This document shows, piece by piece, positions 9,532-20,113 of a stretch of 64,000 nucleotides of DNA. A model generated the notes under the pieces. The model made no database searches. It worked only from the letters and a program-made list of their open reading frames with translations, and was not told the DNA's origin. Source of the DNA: Longimicrobiales bacterium (lineage in GTDB: Bacteria > Gemmatimonadota > Gemmatimonadetes > Longimicrobiales > Gaopeijiaceae); the NCBI GenBank assembly GCA_965202805.1, contig OZ241869.1, positions 2,784,001 to 2,848,000 of the forward strand, in the 5' to 3' direction. The position numbers and the translations under genes are program-made. Each line of letters opens with the position of its first letter. Position 1 is the first letter of the stretch.

Positions 9532-11982
9532 ATGAGACTCCACTTCGCCAGCGTGTTGGCGCTCGCAGGCCTGGCCGCGGCCGTCGGGCATCAGTCCGGG
9601 ACGGTGCCGGACCAGAACCTCGAGCCCGTCGCACTTTCCTCAGCCGTCGAAGTCGCCCCGGACGCTTCGCCCGAGGACCTGACGGGCGTCGTGCGCATGT
9701 ATTGCCAGGTCTGCCACAACGACGCCCTGCTGACGGGCAATCTCACCCTGGCCGCCTTCCACGTCGAAGACGCCCCGCAGTCTGCCGAGACGGCGGAGAA
9801 GATGATCCGCAAGCTGCGCGCGGGCATGATGCCCCCGCCCGGAATGCCGCGGCCCGCCGGCGACACCCTGGTCATGCTGGTGGAGACGCTCGAACAGCTC
9901 ATCGACGAAGCCGCCGCGGACAACCCGATGCCGGGCAATCGGTCCTTCCAGCGTCTGAACCGGGCGGAGTACGCGGCATCCGTCCGTGACCTGCTCGACC
10001 TCGAAATCGACGGCGGCGACTATCTGCCGCTCGACACCAAGAGCGCGAACTTCGACAACATCGCCGACGTTCAGATGCTCTCCCCGACCAACCTGGACGC
10101 CTACCTGCGCGCCGCCGACGAGATCAGCCGGCTGGCGGTGGGCATACCCGACGCGCCCAGCAATTCGGTGACCTATACCAATTCGGGATACGCATCGCAG
10201 TGGGATCGCGTGCCCGGCGCGCCCCGCGGCACTCGCGGAGGCGTCAGCGTGGTGCACAACTTCCCGGCGGACGGCGAGTACACCTTCCAGCTCTGGTTCG
10301 AGCACACCACGACCGGCGAGATCACCGGCGGCGTGACCCCCGGCGAACAGATCGAGATCTCCCTGGACGGCGAGCCCCTGTTGCTGCTCGAGGTGGATCG
10401 CTGGATGCACGTCGCCGACCCCAACGGCATGAGCTTCACCACCGAGCCCTTCCATGTGACCGCGGGACCGCATCGGGTGAGCGCGGTCTTCATTCGGGCC
10501 ACGGACGGCCCCGTCGAGGACATCCTTTCGCCTCATGACTGGTCGCTCAGCGACCGCAAGATCGGGAGCGGCAGCGGCTACGGCATCACCGTGCTGGCGC
10601 ATCTGAAGGACCTGGTCATCCTGGGCCCCGAGAACCCGACCGGGATTTCGGAAACGCCCAGCCGCCGCGCCATTTTCAGTTGCAGGCCGTCGTCTCCGGC
10701 CGAGACGCGCCCCTGCGCCCGCGAGATCGTGGAACGGCTCGGCAGCAAGGCGTTCCGGCGTCCGCTGGAAGCCTCTGAAGTCGAGTCGCTGATGGCCTTC
10801 TACGACCTGAAGGCCGAAGAGGGGTTCGAGGACGGCGTTCGCACGGCGCTCCAGGCGATTCTGGCCAGCCCCGACTTCGTGTTCCGGGTCGAGGAAACGC
10901 CGGCGGGGGCACGGGCGGGCGACCTGTATCCCATCTCCGATCTCGATCTGGCTTCGCGACTGTCGTACTTCCTGTGGGGGACGCTTCCCGACGAGACGCT
11001 GGTTGACCTGGCCGACCGGGGTCAACTCTCCGATCCGGCCACGTTGCGCGCGCAGCTGAAGCGCATGCTCGCCGATCCGCGTGCCGAGGCGCTCGGCTCG
11101 CGCTTTGCCGCGCAGTGGCTGCGGCTCGAGGACCTGGAGAAAGTCAATCCCGATCGCCTGCTCTTCCCCGATTACCACGAACAGCTCGGCAACGCGATGC
11201 TGGCCGAGACCGAGCTCTTCTTCAACAACATCGTCCAGGAGGACCGCAGCGTCCTGGAGCTCTTCATGGCGGACTACACGTTCGTCAACGAGCGGCTCGC
11301 CAGACACTACGGCATTCCCGGCGTCGCGGGCGAGGCCTTCCGGCGGGTGCAGTATCCCGACGACCGGCGCCGCGGGCTGTTCGGACACGGCAGCATCCTC
11401 ACCCTCACCTCCCACGCCAACCGCACCTCCCCGGTGCTGCGCGGCAAGTGGGTGATGGAGGTGATGCTGGGCACGCCGCCGCCGCCGCCGCCGCCCGGGG
11501 TTCCGGATCTCGATCAGACCGAGAGCAGCGATGGCGGCCGCATGCTCACGACGCGCGAGCGCATGGAGCGGCACCGGGCCAGCCCGGTGTGCGCCGCCTG
11601 CCACCAGTTCATGGACCCGATCGGCCTTGCGCTGGACAACTACGACGTGACCGGCAAGTGGCGCATCCGGGAGAACAGCATGCCGCTGGATACGCGGGGC
11701 ACTCTCTGGGACGGCACCCCGGTGGAGAGCCCGGCCGCGCTTCAGGAAGCGCTCCTCAAGCGCCCGATTCCCCTGATTCGCAACTTCACGGTGAACCTGA
11801 TGGCCTATGGCCTTGGCCGCCGGGTCGAGTATTACGACATGCCCGAGATCCGGGCGATCGTAGCGGCGGCGGAAGCCAACGACTACAGGATGTCCTCTTT
11901 CCTGACCGGTGTCATCGAGAGCGAGGCCTTCCTCTACAGCCAGGTGCCGGATGTCGTCGTCGAGGAGGCGCAGAGCAGATAA
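9532..11982 (+). CDS. DUF1592/DUF1588/DUF1585-domain protein with cytochrome c motifs
   Basis: CQVCH and CAACH; RLNRAEY, LASRLSYFLW and TSPVLRGKWV motifs. Confidence 0.88.
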   Translation: MRLHFASVLALAGLAAAVGHQSGTVPDQNLEPVALSSAVEVAPDASPEDLTGVVRMYCQVCHNDALLTGNLTLAAFHVEDAPQSAETAEKMIRKLRAGMMPPPGMPRPAGDTLVMLVETLEQLIDEAAADNPMPGNRSFQRLNRAEYAASVRDLLDLEIDGGDYLPLDTKSANFDNIADVQMLSPTNLDAYLRAADEISRLAVGIPDAPSNSVTYTNSGYASQWDRVPGAPRGTRGGVSVVHNFPADGEYTFQLWFEHTTTGEITGGVTPGEQIEISLDGEPLLLLEVDRWMHVADPNGMSFTTEPFHVTAGPHRVSAVFIRATDGPVEDILSPHDWSLSDRKIGSGSGYGITVLAHLKDLVILGPENPTGISETPSRRAIFSCRPSSPAETRPCAREIVERLGSKAFRRPLEASEVESLMAFYDLKAEEGFEDGVRTALQAILASPDFVFRVEETPAGARAGDLYPISDLDLASRLSYFLWGTLPDETLVDLADRGQLSDPATLRAQLKRMLADPRAEALGSRFAAQWLRLEDLEKVNPDRLLFPDYHEQLGNAMLAETELFFNNIVQEDRSVLELFMADYTFVNERLARHYGIPGVAGEAFRRVQYPDDRRRGLFGHGSILTLTSHANRTSPVLRGKWVMEVMLGTPPPPPPPGVPDLDQTESSDGGRMLTTRERMERHRASPVCAACHQFMDPIGLALDNYDVTGKWRIRENSMPLDTRGTLWDGTPVESPAALQEALLKRPIPLIRNFTVNLMAYGLGRRVEYYDMPEIRAIVAAAEANDYRMSSFLTGVIESEAFLYSQVPDVVVEEAQSR

Positions 11983-12104
11983 CCGCGATCGCGATCCGGA
12001 GCGATGAGCCCTGGAGGGCCCAGCCGGGATCGCGCGATACGGATACAGAGAGAGTCGCTTCGCCGACCGCGAAGCTCACATCGCAGGACCGAGGGAGAAA
12101 AACG

Positions 12105-13529
12105 ATGAGACTGATCACGGGCAAGCACATTCCGCGCCGCATCTTCCTGAAAGGCATGGGAGCGACCGTGGCCCTGCCGCTGCTGGATTCCATGATTCCC
12201 GCCGGGCTGCGCGGTGCGGAGGCGGTTCGCGAGCTGGACGCCACACGCCTGATCGCGATGGAGATGTCGCACGGGGCGGCCGGCTGCACCACGTGGGGCG
12301 CGAAGCAGAACTTCTGGAGCCCTTCGACGACCGGCCACGACTTCGACCTGTCGCCGACGTCCCTGCGCAGCCTGGAGCCGTGGCGCAAGTACCTCACCAT
12401 CGTCAGCAACACCGACGTGAAGATGGCCGAGGCCTTCATCCCCGAAGAGATCGGCGGTGACCACTTCCGTTCCACCGCGACCTTCCTGACGCAGGCGCAC
12501 GTCAAGCAGACGGAAGGCTCGGATGTCTACGTGGGCGCGTCGCTGGACCAGATCTACGCGGACCGCTTCGGCCAGGACACGCCCATCCCCTCGATGCAAC
12601 TGTGTATCGAGAACATCAACCAGGCCGGGGGTTGCGCGTACGGCTACACCTGCGTGTACACGGACTCGCTGAGCTGGGCATCCCCGACGGAGCCGCTCCC
12701 GGTGATCCGCGACCCGCGCGTCGCCTTCGAACAGCTCTTCGGGGCCGGCTCGACGGCGGAAGAGCGGCTGGCGCGACGCTCCACCAACCGCAGCATCCTC
12801 GACTGGATCGCGGAGCGGGTGGCGCAGATGCGGCAAACGCTCGGACCCGGCGACCGGCAGCGCATGGACCAGTATCTGGAGAACGTGCGCGAGATCGAGC
12901 GCCGCATCCAGATGGTCGAGGAGCGCAACACCGGCGGCGATCCGCGCGACATGCCGGAGGCGCCCGCCGGCGTGCCGGATTCCTTCAGCGAACACATGCA
13001 GATGATGTTCGACCTGCAGGTGCTGGCGTTCCAGACCGACATGACGCGCGTGTTCTCGTTCAAGCTGTCGCGTGATTCCTCGGCGCGCACCTTCCCGGAG
13101 AGCGGCGTCGACACCCCGTTCCACCCGGCCTCCCACCACGGGGACAGCGAGGAGGCGATCGCGGACTTCGCGGTGATCAACAACTACCACGTCAGCATGC
13201 TCCCGTACCTGATGGAGAAGCTGAACAAGGTCGAGGAGATCGACGGAACCCTGCTCGACAAGAGCATGATCATCTACGGCTCGCCGATGGGCGACCCGAA
13301 CGTGCACAACCACCTGAGGGTGCCGTTCATCGTCCTGGGCGGGGCCAACGGGCAGATGGACGGCAACGTGCACCTGCACGCGCCCGAGGGCACGCCTCTG
13401 GCGAACGTGATGCTCACCCTGCTGCACAAGCTGGGGCACACCGACCTCACCAGCTTCGGCGACAGCACGGGAGCCTTCAGCCTGGGATACTCGGGCGAGC
13501 TGGCCGCCGACGCCGCCTCGTCGAGCTGA
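12105..13529 (+). CDS. DUF1552 domain protein (Tat-like RR signal)
   Basis: PRRIFLKG..VALPLLDSM, HPASHH, NVHNH; the usual partner of DUF1592 genes. Confidence 0.85.
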   Translation: MRLITGKHIPRRIFLKGMGATVALPLLDSMIPAGLRGAEAVRELDATRLIAMEMSHGAAGCTTWGAKQNFWSPSTTGHDFDLSPTSLRSLEPWRKYLTIVSNTDVKMAEAFIPEEIGGDHFRSTATFLTQAHVKQTEGSDVYVGASLDQIYADRFGQDTPIPSMQLCIENINQAGGCAYGYTCVYTDSLSWASPTEPLPVIRDPRVAFEQLFGAGSTAEERLARRSTNRSILDWIAERVAQMRQTLGPGDRQRMDQYLENVREIERRIQMVEERNTGGDPRDMPEAPAGVPDSFSEHMQMMFDLQVLAFQTDMTRVFSFKLSRDSSARTFPESGVDTPFHPASHHGDSEEAIADFAVINNYHVSMLPYLMEKLNKVEEIDGTLLDKSMIIYGSPMGDPNVHNHLRVPFIVLGGANGQMDGNVHLHAPEGTPLANVMLTLLHKLGHTDLTSFGDSTGAFSLGYSGELAADAASSS

Positions 13530-13537
13530 GGCGTCCG

Positions 13538-15340
13538 GTGAGAAGCAAGGCCCATGTGAACGCGTGGCTTCCGGCGGTGATGCTCGCCCTCCTGTGGGCG
13601 GCGCCACCGCCGGAATCACCGGTTGCCGATGCCGCAATGCGCGACGACATCGACGCGGTGCGTTCACTGCTCGAGGAGGGCGCCGAGGTCAACCTGGCCC
13701 AGAGCGACGGCATGACCGCGCTTCACTGGGCCACCGAGCTGGGCAACGTGGAGTTGGTCCGCCTGCTCGTCGACGCGGGAGCCGACCTCGAAGCGCCTAC
13801 CCGCATCGGCGACGTCACTCCACTGCACATCGGCGCTGAACTGGGACACGGCGGCACCGTGCGCGCCCTCCTGGAAGCGGGTGCGAACGCGGAATCGCGC
13901 AACACCAACGGAACCACCCCCCTACATTTCGCGGCCCTGTCCGGGAACGTGGAAATCGTGGCGGCGCTGACCGATCACGGGGCCGACGTCAACGCCCGCG
14001 AGGCCAGGTGGGGCCAGACCCCGCTGATGTTCGCGGCCTCCCGCAACCGCGTGCCCGCGATCGACGCGTTGATCGACCGGGGAGCGGAGGTGGGCATCAC
14101 CAGCAAGGTCGTCCTGTTCCAGGATCTCGCGGACCGCGAGAAGCTCACGGCTGCGGTGCGCGACTCCGTGCTGGAGGTCTACCGGGCCATGTCACCGGAT
14201 CCGGAGACATGGGCGCCGACCCTGGCCCAGACCCAGGAGGCACTGCGCGCCGCGCGCGCCCATGAAGCGGTCGCGCCGGTCGAGGCGTCGGAGGTGGTGC
14301 GCATCGACTGGGATTCCGCGCAGACCGCCGGCAGAGCCCCGACCTCCCAGGAGAGGGCGGGCTATCACGGGGGCCTGACCGCCCTTCTGCACGCCGTGCG
14401 GGAAGGTCACCGCGAAGCTGCAATCACCCTTCTCGAGGGCGGTGCGGACATCAATCAGCCCAGCGGCGGCGACCTGAACACGCCCATCAACAGCGCCATG
14501 ATCAACGGGCACTACGATCTTGGCCTGGAGCTGCTGAAGCGCGGAGCCGACCCGAACGTGGCCAACTACCCGTCGGGCATTACTCCGCTCTACGCGGTCA
14601 TCAACACCCGCTGGGCATCCAAGTCCCGCTACCCGCAGCAGCGTGCCTTCGAGCAGCAGGAGTCGAGCCACATCGAGACGATGAGGGCCCTTCTGGAGGC
14701 GGGGGCGGATGTCAATGCCCGGCTTAGCCTGGATTACTGGTTCCTGGCGTACAACTTCGGCGGGATCGGTGTCAACACCTGGGGCGCCACGCCCTTCTGG
14801 CGGGCGGCGCATGGGCTCGATGTTCCCGCGATGAAACTCCTGGTGGAATTCGGGGCCGATCCGCACATGCCGACCCGGGCGCCGGCCGGAAATCTCTACG
14901 TGGGCCTTGAAATCGAGGCGCCCGAGGAAGACCAGTCCGGCGTTCCGCCCATTCCCCCGGGCGGTCCCGGGACCTACCCGATTCATGCCGCGTCCGGCAA
15001 CTCCGGCGAAGGCGCGGGACGCGCCGGCAACTTCCACCGGCATGTTCCGGACGGCTGGCTGCCCGCGCTGAAGTACCTGGTCGAAGAACTGGGGGCCGAC
15101 GTGACGCTTCGCGACCACCTGGGCTACGGCACCATTCACGGTGCGGCGGGCCGCGGCATGAACGACGTGATCCTCTATCTCGTCGAGCATGGCGCCGATC
15201 CCCTCATCGTGGGACGGTCGGGACGCACGACCGTCGACCTCGCCAACGGCCCCGCAAATGGTCTGACCCCCTTCTATGACACGATCGAATTGCTTGAGGG
15301 CATGGGGGTCATCAACAACCATCTCTGCGTATTCTGCTGA
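13538..15340 (+). CDS. Secreted ankyrin repeat protein
   Basis: Repeated GxTPLH/TALH..A and GADVN motifs; C-terminal CVFC. Confidence 0.9.
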   Translation: MRSKAHVNAWLPAVMLALLWAAPPPESPVADAAMRDDIDAVRSLLEEGAEVNLAQSDGMTALHWATELGNVELVRLLVDAGADLEAPTRIGDVTPLHIGAELGHGGTVRALLEAGANAESRNTNGTTPLHFAALSGNVEIVAALTDHGADVNAREARWGQTPLMFAASRNRVPAIDALIDRGAEVGITSKVVLFQDLADREKLTAAVRDSVLEVYRAMSPDPETWAPTLAQTQEALRAARAHEAVAPVEASEVVRIDWDSAQTAGRAPTSQERAGYHGGLTALLHAVREGHREAAITLLEGGADINQPSGGDLNTPINSAMINGHYDLGLELLKRGADPNVANYPSGITPLYAVINTRWASKSRYPQQRAFEQQESSHIETMRALLEAGADVNARLSLDYWFLAYNFGGIGVNTWGATPFWRAAHGLDVPAMKLLVEFGADPHMPTRAPAGNLYVGLEIEAPEEDQSGVPPIPPGGPGTYPIHAASGNSGEGAGRAGNFHRHVPDGWLPALKYLVEELGADVTLRDHLGYGTIHGAAGRGMNDVILYLVEHGADPLIVGRSGRTTVDLANGPANGLTPFYDTIELLEGMGVINNHLCVFC

Positions 15341-15375
15341 TTCCCCCGCGCGCTCGCGCACGAAACAGAACAAGC

Positions 15376-15416
15376 GGCCCGTTCGTGCCACCATCCACGA
15401 ACGGGCCCTCTTTCTT
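15376..15416 (+). terminator. Intrinsic terminator
   Basis: GGCCCGTTCGTG/CACGAACGGGCC 12-bp stem, then CTCTTTCTT. Confidence 0.65.
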
Positions 15417-15448
15417 GTGAAACTCCGGATCTTCCAATAGGCGCGCGC

Positions 15449-16726
15449 ATGGCTGCTTCGTCTCCCGCTCCGATCCCCTCGCGCCGCCGCGCCATCGTAG
15501 CCGCGAGTGTGGGCAACGCGCTCGAGTGGTTCGACTGGACCGTGTACGCCACGTTCGCGATCTTCTTCAGCAGCCAGTTCTTCCCCCCCGGGAACGAGAC
15601 GACCGCACTGCTGGCCGCGTACGGCATCTTCGCCGTGGGCTTCATCATGCGCCCGCTCGGTGGCTGGATCATCGGTGTCTTCGCGGATCGCCGGGGCCGC
15701 AAGGCCGCGCTCGTTCTGAGCGTCCTCATGATGGCGGGCGGTTCACTGGTGATCGGCCTGTCCCCGACATTCGCCTCGGCAGGAATCGTCGCGCCCGTCA
15801 TCCTGACCCTGGCGCGCCTGGTACAGGGGCTGTCGCTGGGCGGACTTTACGCATCGGCAACCACGCTGCTCGCCGAAATCGCGCCCGCCGGCCGTCGCGG
15901 ATTCTACTCGAGCTTCGTGTTCTTCAGCCTGGCCGCCGGCATCCTGGTCGCGTCCGCGCTGGGCTGGGCTCTCACGACGAACCTCACCGAGGAGGCGATG
16001 CTGTCGTGGGGATGGCGGGTTCCCTTCATACTCGGCGGGGTCGGCGGGCTGGTCGTGCTCTGGATTCGCAGCTCGGTCCCGGAACCGGAAGCGTCGCCGG
16101 TCTCCTCCGGTCAGGACGTCGTCGAGAAGCCGCTCAACGCGCTTCTGCGCGAGCACCCGGTGGCGCTGCTTCGGATCGTGGGCTTTGCCACCCTGACGAC
16201 CTTCGCCTTCTACATCTTCGTCCCCTACCTGCCCACCTACGCGATCCGCGCGGTCGGCGCGGATGCCTCGGTCGCCTTCGCGGCCAACACCGTCGGCCTC
16301 ATCGTGTTCATGCTCGTGCAGCCGCTGTTCGGGGCACTCTCCGACCGCATCGGGCGCAAGCCCCAGCTGATCTTCTTCGCCCTCGGCTACCTCGTCCTCT
16401 TCTATCCCCTGATGTCGGCGATCCAGCCGACCTTCGGTTCGATTCTCATGCTCGAGCTGTTCGGCCTGGGGCTCTACGCGATGTACTCCTCCATCGCGCC
16501 GGCGATCATGTCGGAGCAGTTTCCCGCCAACGTGCGCGCCGTCGGCATCGGCATCCCCTATAACCTGACGGTCGCTCTGCTGGGGGGCCTCACGCCCTAC
16601 CTCCTCACCTGGCTGCAGAGCATCGGGAGGGAGCAGTCGTTCTTCCTGGTGGTGCTGGCAGGGGCGGTCGTCTCGCTCGTGACCTTCGTGCAGATGCCCG
16701 AGAAGGTCGGTCAGCCCCTGGACTGA
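15449..16726 (+). CDS. MFS transporter, metabolite:H+ symporter family
   Basis: GNALEWFDW, DRRGRK, WGWRVPF and SDRIGRK motifs. Confidence 0.92.
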   Translation: MAASSPAPIPSRRRAIVAASVGNALEWFDWTVYATFAIFFSSQFFPPGNETTALLAAYGIFAVGFIMRPLGGWIIGVFADRRGRKAALVLSVLMMAGGSLVIGLSPTFASAGIVAPVILTLARLVQGLSLGGLYASATTLLAEIAPAGRRGFYSSFVFFSLAAGILVASALGWALTTNLTEEAMLSWGWRVPFILGGVGGLVVLWIRSSVPEPEASPVSSGQDVVEKPLNALLREHPVALLRIVGFATLTTFAFYIFVPYLPTYAIRAVGADASVAFAANTVGLIVFMLVQPLFGALSDRIGRKPQLIFFALGYLVLFYPLMSAIQPTFGSILMLELFGLGLYAMYSSIAPAIMSEQFPANVRAVGIGIPYNLTVALLGGLTPYLLTWLQSIGREQSFFLVVLAGAVVSLVTFVQMPEKVGQPLD

Positions 16727-16739
16727 CGGTTCCTCGCGT

Positions 16740-18149
16740 ATGGTGACAGAGTCGGCGATGCCGCTGCATTACCGCAGCGCCAGGGAGCTTGCCGATGCCA
16801 TTCGGGCAGGCGAAACGGACTCGCGCGCGCTGACCCGGCTGTTTCTGGATCGGATCGAACGCGGCTCGGCGCTGAAGGCCTTCACGCATGTGGCGGCGGA
16901 GCGGGCAGAGGCGCTGGCCGATGCGGCCGACCGGCTTCTTGCCGCGGGAGTCGTGCTGGGACCGCTGCACGGCGTCCCGGTGGCGGTGAAGGACAGCCTC
17001 GCGTGGGCAGGCACGCCGCTATCGGGGGGATCGCTGGCCCGCGCCGACTGTATCAGCGACCGCACCAGCGCCGTGGTCCGCCGCCTGATTGCGGCCGGCA
17101 TGGTCGTGCTCGGAAAGACTGCCATGACCGAGTTCGCCTTCGGCCTGTCCGGGCAGAACCCGACCTGCGGGACGGCCCGCAATCCGTGGGATCCGCTGCA
17201 CGACCGGGCGCCCGGGGGATCGTCCAGCGGTTCCGGAGTGGCCGTCGCCGCGGGCCTGGCGCCGATTGCGATCGGGGGAGACACGGGCGGTTCGGTGCGG
17301 GCGCCCGCGCTCATGAACCACCTGGTCGGGCACAAGCCTTCCTCGGGCCTCATCAGCCGGGCCGGCTGTCTGCCGCTCAGCTCGACGCTGGATGTGCTGG
17401 GTCCCATCGCGCGGACGGTGGAGGATGTGCGCATCATGACCGCCCTGCTCACGGGTCCCGACTTCGACGATCCTGTTACGCTGGCCCCGCAGCGGACTTC
17501 GATCCCCGCCGGCACGCGCAGGCTGGCGGTCCTGGCCGAGGAGGCGTGGCCCTGCCCGATGAGCCCGGAGGCGGCGGAGCACTGGGGGCTGGCGCTGGAG
17601 CGCATCGCCGGTGCCGGCTGGGCTCTGGAGACCTGGTCTCCCCCCGGCATCCTCGACTTCGAAGGCCTGGGAAGGGACAACTCGACGGTCCTCGCCTTCG
17701 AGGCCTGCCAGCACTACGGAGCGCTGGCGAAGGACCGTACCACGCCGCTCTGGAGCGTCATTCGCGATCGGATCCGGGGCGGCGCCGACATCGACGGAAC
17801 GGACTACGAGGCCGCGCTCGAACGCAGGCGGGCGGTCAGGACGCGCTTCGCCCGGGAGATGGACTCCGACGGGCTACTGATGCCCGGCGCGGATCAGAGC
17901 GCCCGGATCCTCGATCCGGAGGATGAGCGCCACGCGGGACTGGGCGCCTTCCTTCGGCCCGCCAATTTCCTCGGGGCAGCGGCGATCGCTCTCCCCACCA
18001 GCCGGGACGCGGAAGGCATGCCTCTCGGGCTTCAACTGCTCGCGCCCCACGGCAGTGACGCGTCGCTGCTGGCGGTCGCCGCCGGGCTGGAGCGTGCGCT
18101 CGGCGCGGGGCGGCCGGTTCCGGATCCGGGGCCGTGGGGGCTGACGTAG
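16740..18149 (+). CDS. Amidase (GatA-like), cytoplasmic
   Basis: GPLHGVPVAVKD, PGGSSSGS, GGDTGGSVR. Confidence 0.9.
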   Translation: MVTESAMPLHYRSARELADAIRAGETDSRALTRLFLDRIERGSALKAFTHVAAERAEALADAADRLLAAGVVLGPLHGVPVAVKDSLAWAGTPLSGGSLARADCISDRTSAVVRRLIAAGMVVLGKTAMTEFAFGLSGQNPTCGTARNPWDPLHDRAPGGSSSGSGVAVAAGLAPIAIGGDTGGSVRAPALMNHLVGHKPSSGLISRAGCLPLSSTLDVLGPIARTVEDVRIMTALLTGPDFDDPVTLAPQRTSIPAGTRRLAVLAEEAWPCPMSPEAAEHWGLALERIAGAGWALETWSPPGILDFEGLGRDNSTVLAFEACQHYGALAKDRTTPLWSVIRDRIRGGADIDGTDYEAALERRRAVRTRFAREMDSDGLLMPGADQSARILDPEDERHAGLGAFLRPANFLGAAAIALPTSRDAEGMPLGLQLLAPHGSDASLLAVAAGLERALGAGRPVPDPGPWGLT

Positions 18150-18269
18150 CTTCGCCCGCCGTGCAGACGGCGGCCGGATCCCGGTTACCAGCAGGCTGCT
18201 TGCTGGCAGGCAGGCTGCCGCGTACCTCTAGCAAACCGTCCTCGACGCCCATGAGTGGAGGTTCACAAG

Positions 18270-19925
18270 ATGCTCACCTTGATGCTCACCCATCCGCGTA
18301 TCACGCAGTCGCTCTTCCACGGCTGCGGGTCGGCATTGCTCGCCCTTCTCTTCACGGTGATGCCGGCCCGGGCCCAGACACCCGCGGAGCCGAGCGGGAT
18401 CGGATGGGCCACCATCGAGGACCTGAACGCGGCGTTCGATTCCGGAGAGCTGACTGCGGAACGGCTCGTCGAGATGAGTCTGGCGCGAATCGAGGCCTAC
18501 GACCAGGCGGGTCCCGAACTCCACGCCATGCTGTGGCTGAACGAGAACGCCCTCCAGCGGGCCAGGGAGCTCGACGAGGAGCGCAGGCGAAGCGGGCCGC
18601 GGTCGCTGCTGCACGGCATCCCCGTAGCGCTCAAGGACAACGTCGACACGGGAGACATGCCCACCACGGGCGGGTCGGCCCTGCTGGCCGGCGCGATCCC
18701 CCCCGACGACGCGTTCATCGTGAAGAAGTTGCGCGACGCCGGGGCGATCATCCTCGCCAAGACCGCCCTGAGCGAGCTCGCGTCCGGGGGCATCCTCAGC
18801 TCGGTCGGCAACTATTTCCCCAAGAACCCCCACGACCCCACGCGAACACCTTCCGGATCATCGACCGGGGCGGGCATCGCCGTCGCCGCGTCCATGGCCC
18901 AACTGGGCGTCGGCACCGACACCGGCGGCTCCATCCGGGGCCCCGCGACGGACAATGGCATCGTCGCGCTCCGTCCGACGCACGGCCTGCTCAGTCACGA
19001 CGGGGTCATTCCGCTGTCGATCACGCTCGACATGGCGGGTCCCATGGGTCGTCACGTGTACGATGTCGCGGCGATGCTCGGGGTCATGACCGGCGTCGAT
19101 CCGGCCGACCCCACGACGCAGAAGAGCGAGGACCGATTCGAGAACGACTACACGCAGTTTCTCGACGCCGGTGCGCTCGAGGGTGCCCGCATCGGGATCG
19201 CGCGCGACTTCATGGGGGAGGACGACGGGGTCACCTGGGTCATCGAGGCGGCGCTGGGGACCATGCGCGCCCAGGGAGCGACGGTCGTCGACGTGCGCTT
19301 TCCGCCATGGCTTCTGGCCGTCAAGGGCGACTGGTACACCACGGTCCGCTATCCGGAGTTCCGGTCCCAGATCGAGGATTATCTCGCCACCCTCGGGCCC
19401 GAGTATCCGAAAACGCTGCAGGAGATGATCGAGCGGTCGGACCGGATCGTAGCGCTGATGCCCGACGGATCCCGCCCGAACCCGGTCCGCTGGAACATCT
19501 TCAGGCAGGAGGAGGCCAGCGGCGAGCTCACAGACTACGAGTACGTGGCGATGCGCGAGCACGGCTTCCCGATGGTTCAGGCGATCGTGCACGGAATGCT
19601 GGACGTTCAGGACCTGGACGCCATCGTCTACCCCCCCTCGAACACGCCCCCTGCCCTGCGTTCCGCCATCAACCACTTCGAGGGCATGGTGGGCACCAAC
19701 ATCGCGAGCCTCGCCGGCCTGCCCGACCTCATCGTGCCGGCGGGATTCACCCGAAGGGGTCTGCCCGTGGGGATTTCCTTCCTCGGCCGCGCCTTCAGCG
19801 AGCCCCGGCTGTTCGCCCTGGGCTACGCCTTCGAGCAGGCCGCGCGCGCGCGCCGGGATCCGATCCACACGCCCCCCCTGCCCGGGGAGCATGTGCCGCG
19901 CCCCGCCGGACCCGGAGGACGCTGA
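18270..19925 (+). CDS. Secreted amidase signature enzyme
   Basis: ALKDN, SGSSTG, GTDTGGSIR; signal peptide; GGAGG before ATG 18270. Confidence 0.9.
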   Translation: MLTLMLTHPRITQSLFHGCGSALLALLFTVMPARAQTPAEPSGIGWATIEDLNAAFDSGELTAERLVEMSLARIEAYDQAGPELHAMLWLNENALQRARELDEERRRSGPRSLLHGIPVALKDNVDTGDMPTTGGSALLAGAIPPDDAFIVKKLRDAGAIILAKTALSELASGGILSSVGNYFPKNPHDPTRTPSGSSTGAGIAVAASMAQLGVGTDTGGSIRGPATDNGIVALRPTHGLLSHDGVIPLSITLDMAGPMGRHVYDVAAMLGVMTGVDPADPTTQKSEDRFENDYTQFLDAGALEGARIGIARDFMGEDDGVTWVIEAALGTMRAQGATVVDVRFPPWLLAVKGDWYTTVRYPEFRSQIEDYLATLGPEYPKTLQEMIERSDRIVALMPDGSRPNPVRWNIFRQEEASGELTDYEYVAMREHGFPMVQAIVHGMLDVQDLDAIVYPPSNTPPALRSAINHFEGMVGTNIASLAGLPDLIVPAGFTRRGLPVGISFLGRAFSEPRLFALGYAFEQAARARRDPIHTPPLPGEHVPRPAGPGGR

Positions 19926-19928
19926 AGC
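19857..19928 (+). repeat. 72-bp direct repeat, copy 1 (amidase 3' end)
   Basis: 65/72 identical to 28627-28698, ungapped. Confidence 0.9.
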
Positions 19929-19987
19929 AGCCTCCGGCCCGGGAGGCTGCCGGACGGTTCTGCCACTGACAGCCTCAAGGAGATCGC

Positions 19988-20016
19988 TTGTGTCGTATCG
20001 CCAAATCCGCTAGAAT
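19988..20016 (+). promoter_or_regulatory. sigma70-like promoter for the susC operon
   Basis: TTGTGT-17 nt-TAGAAT about 100 bp upstream of the start codon. Confidence 0.5.
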
Positions 20017-20113
20017 GCTGGATTTAAGTCTGTACGTGGTCCCGCGCTCTTAGGTCATTCCTGTCGACATCCTGTCGATGCCCCCGGGGCCACTCGTTGT
20101 GAGGAGGTGCAGT

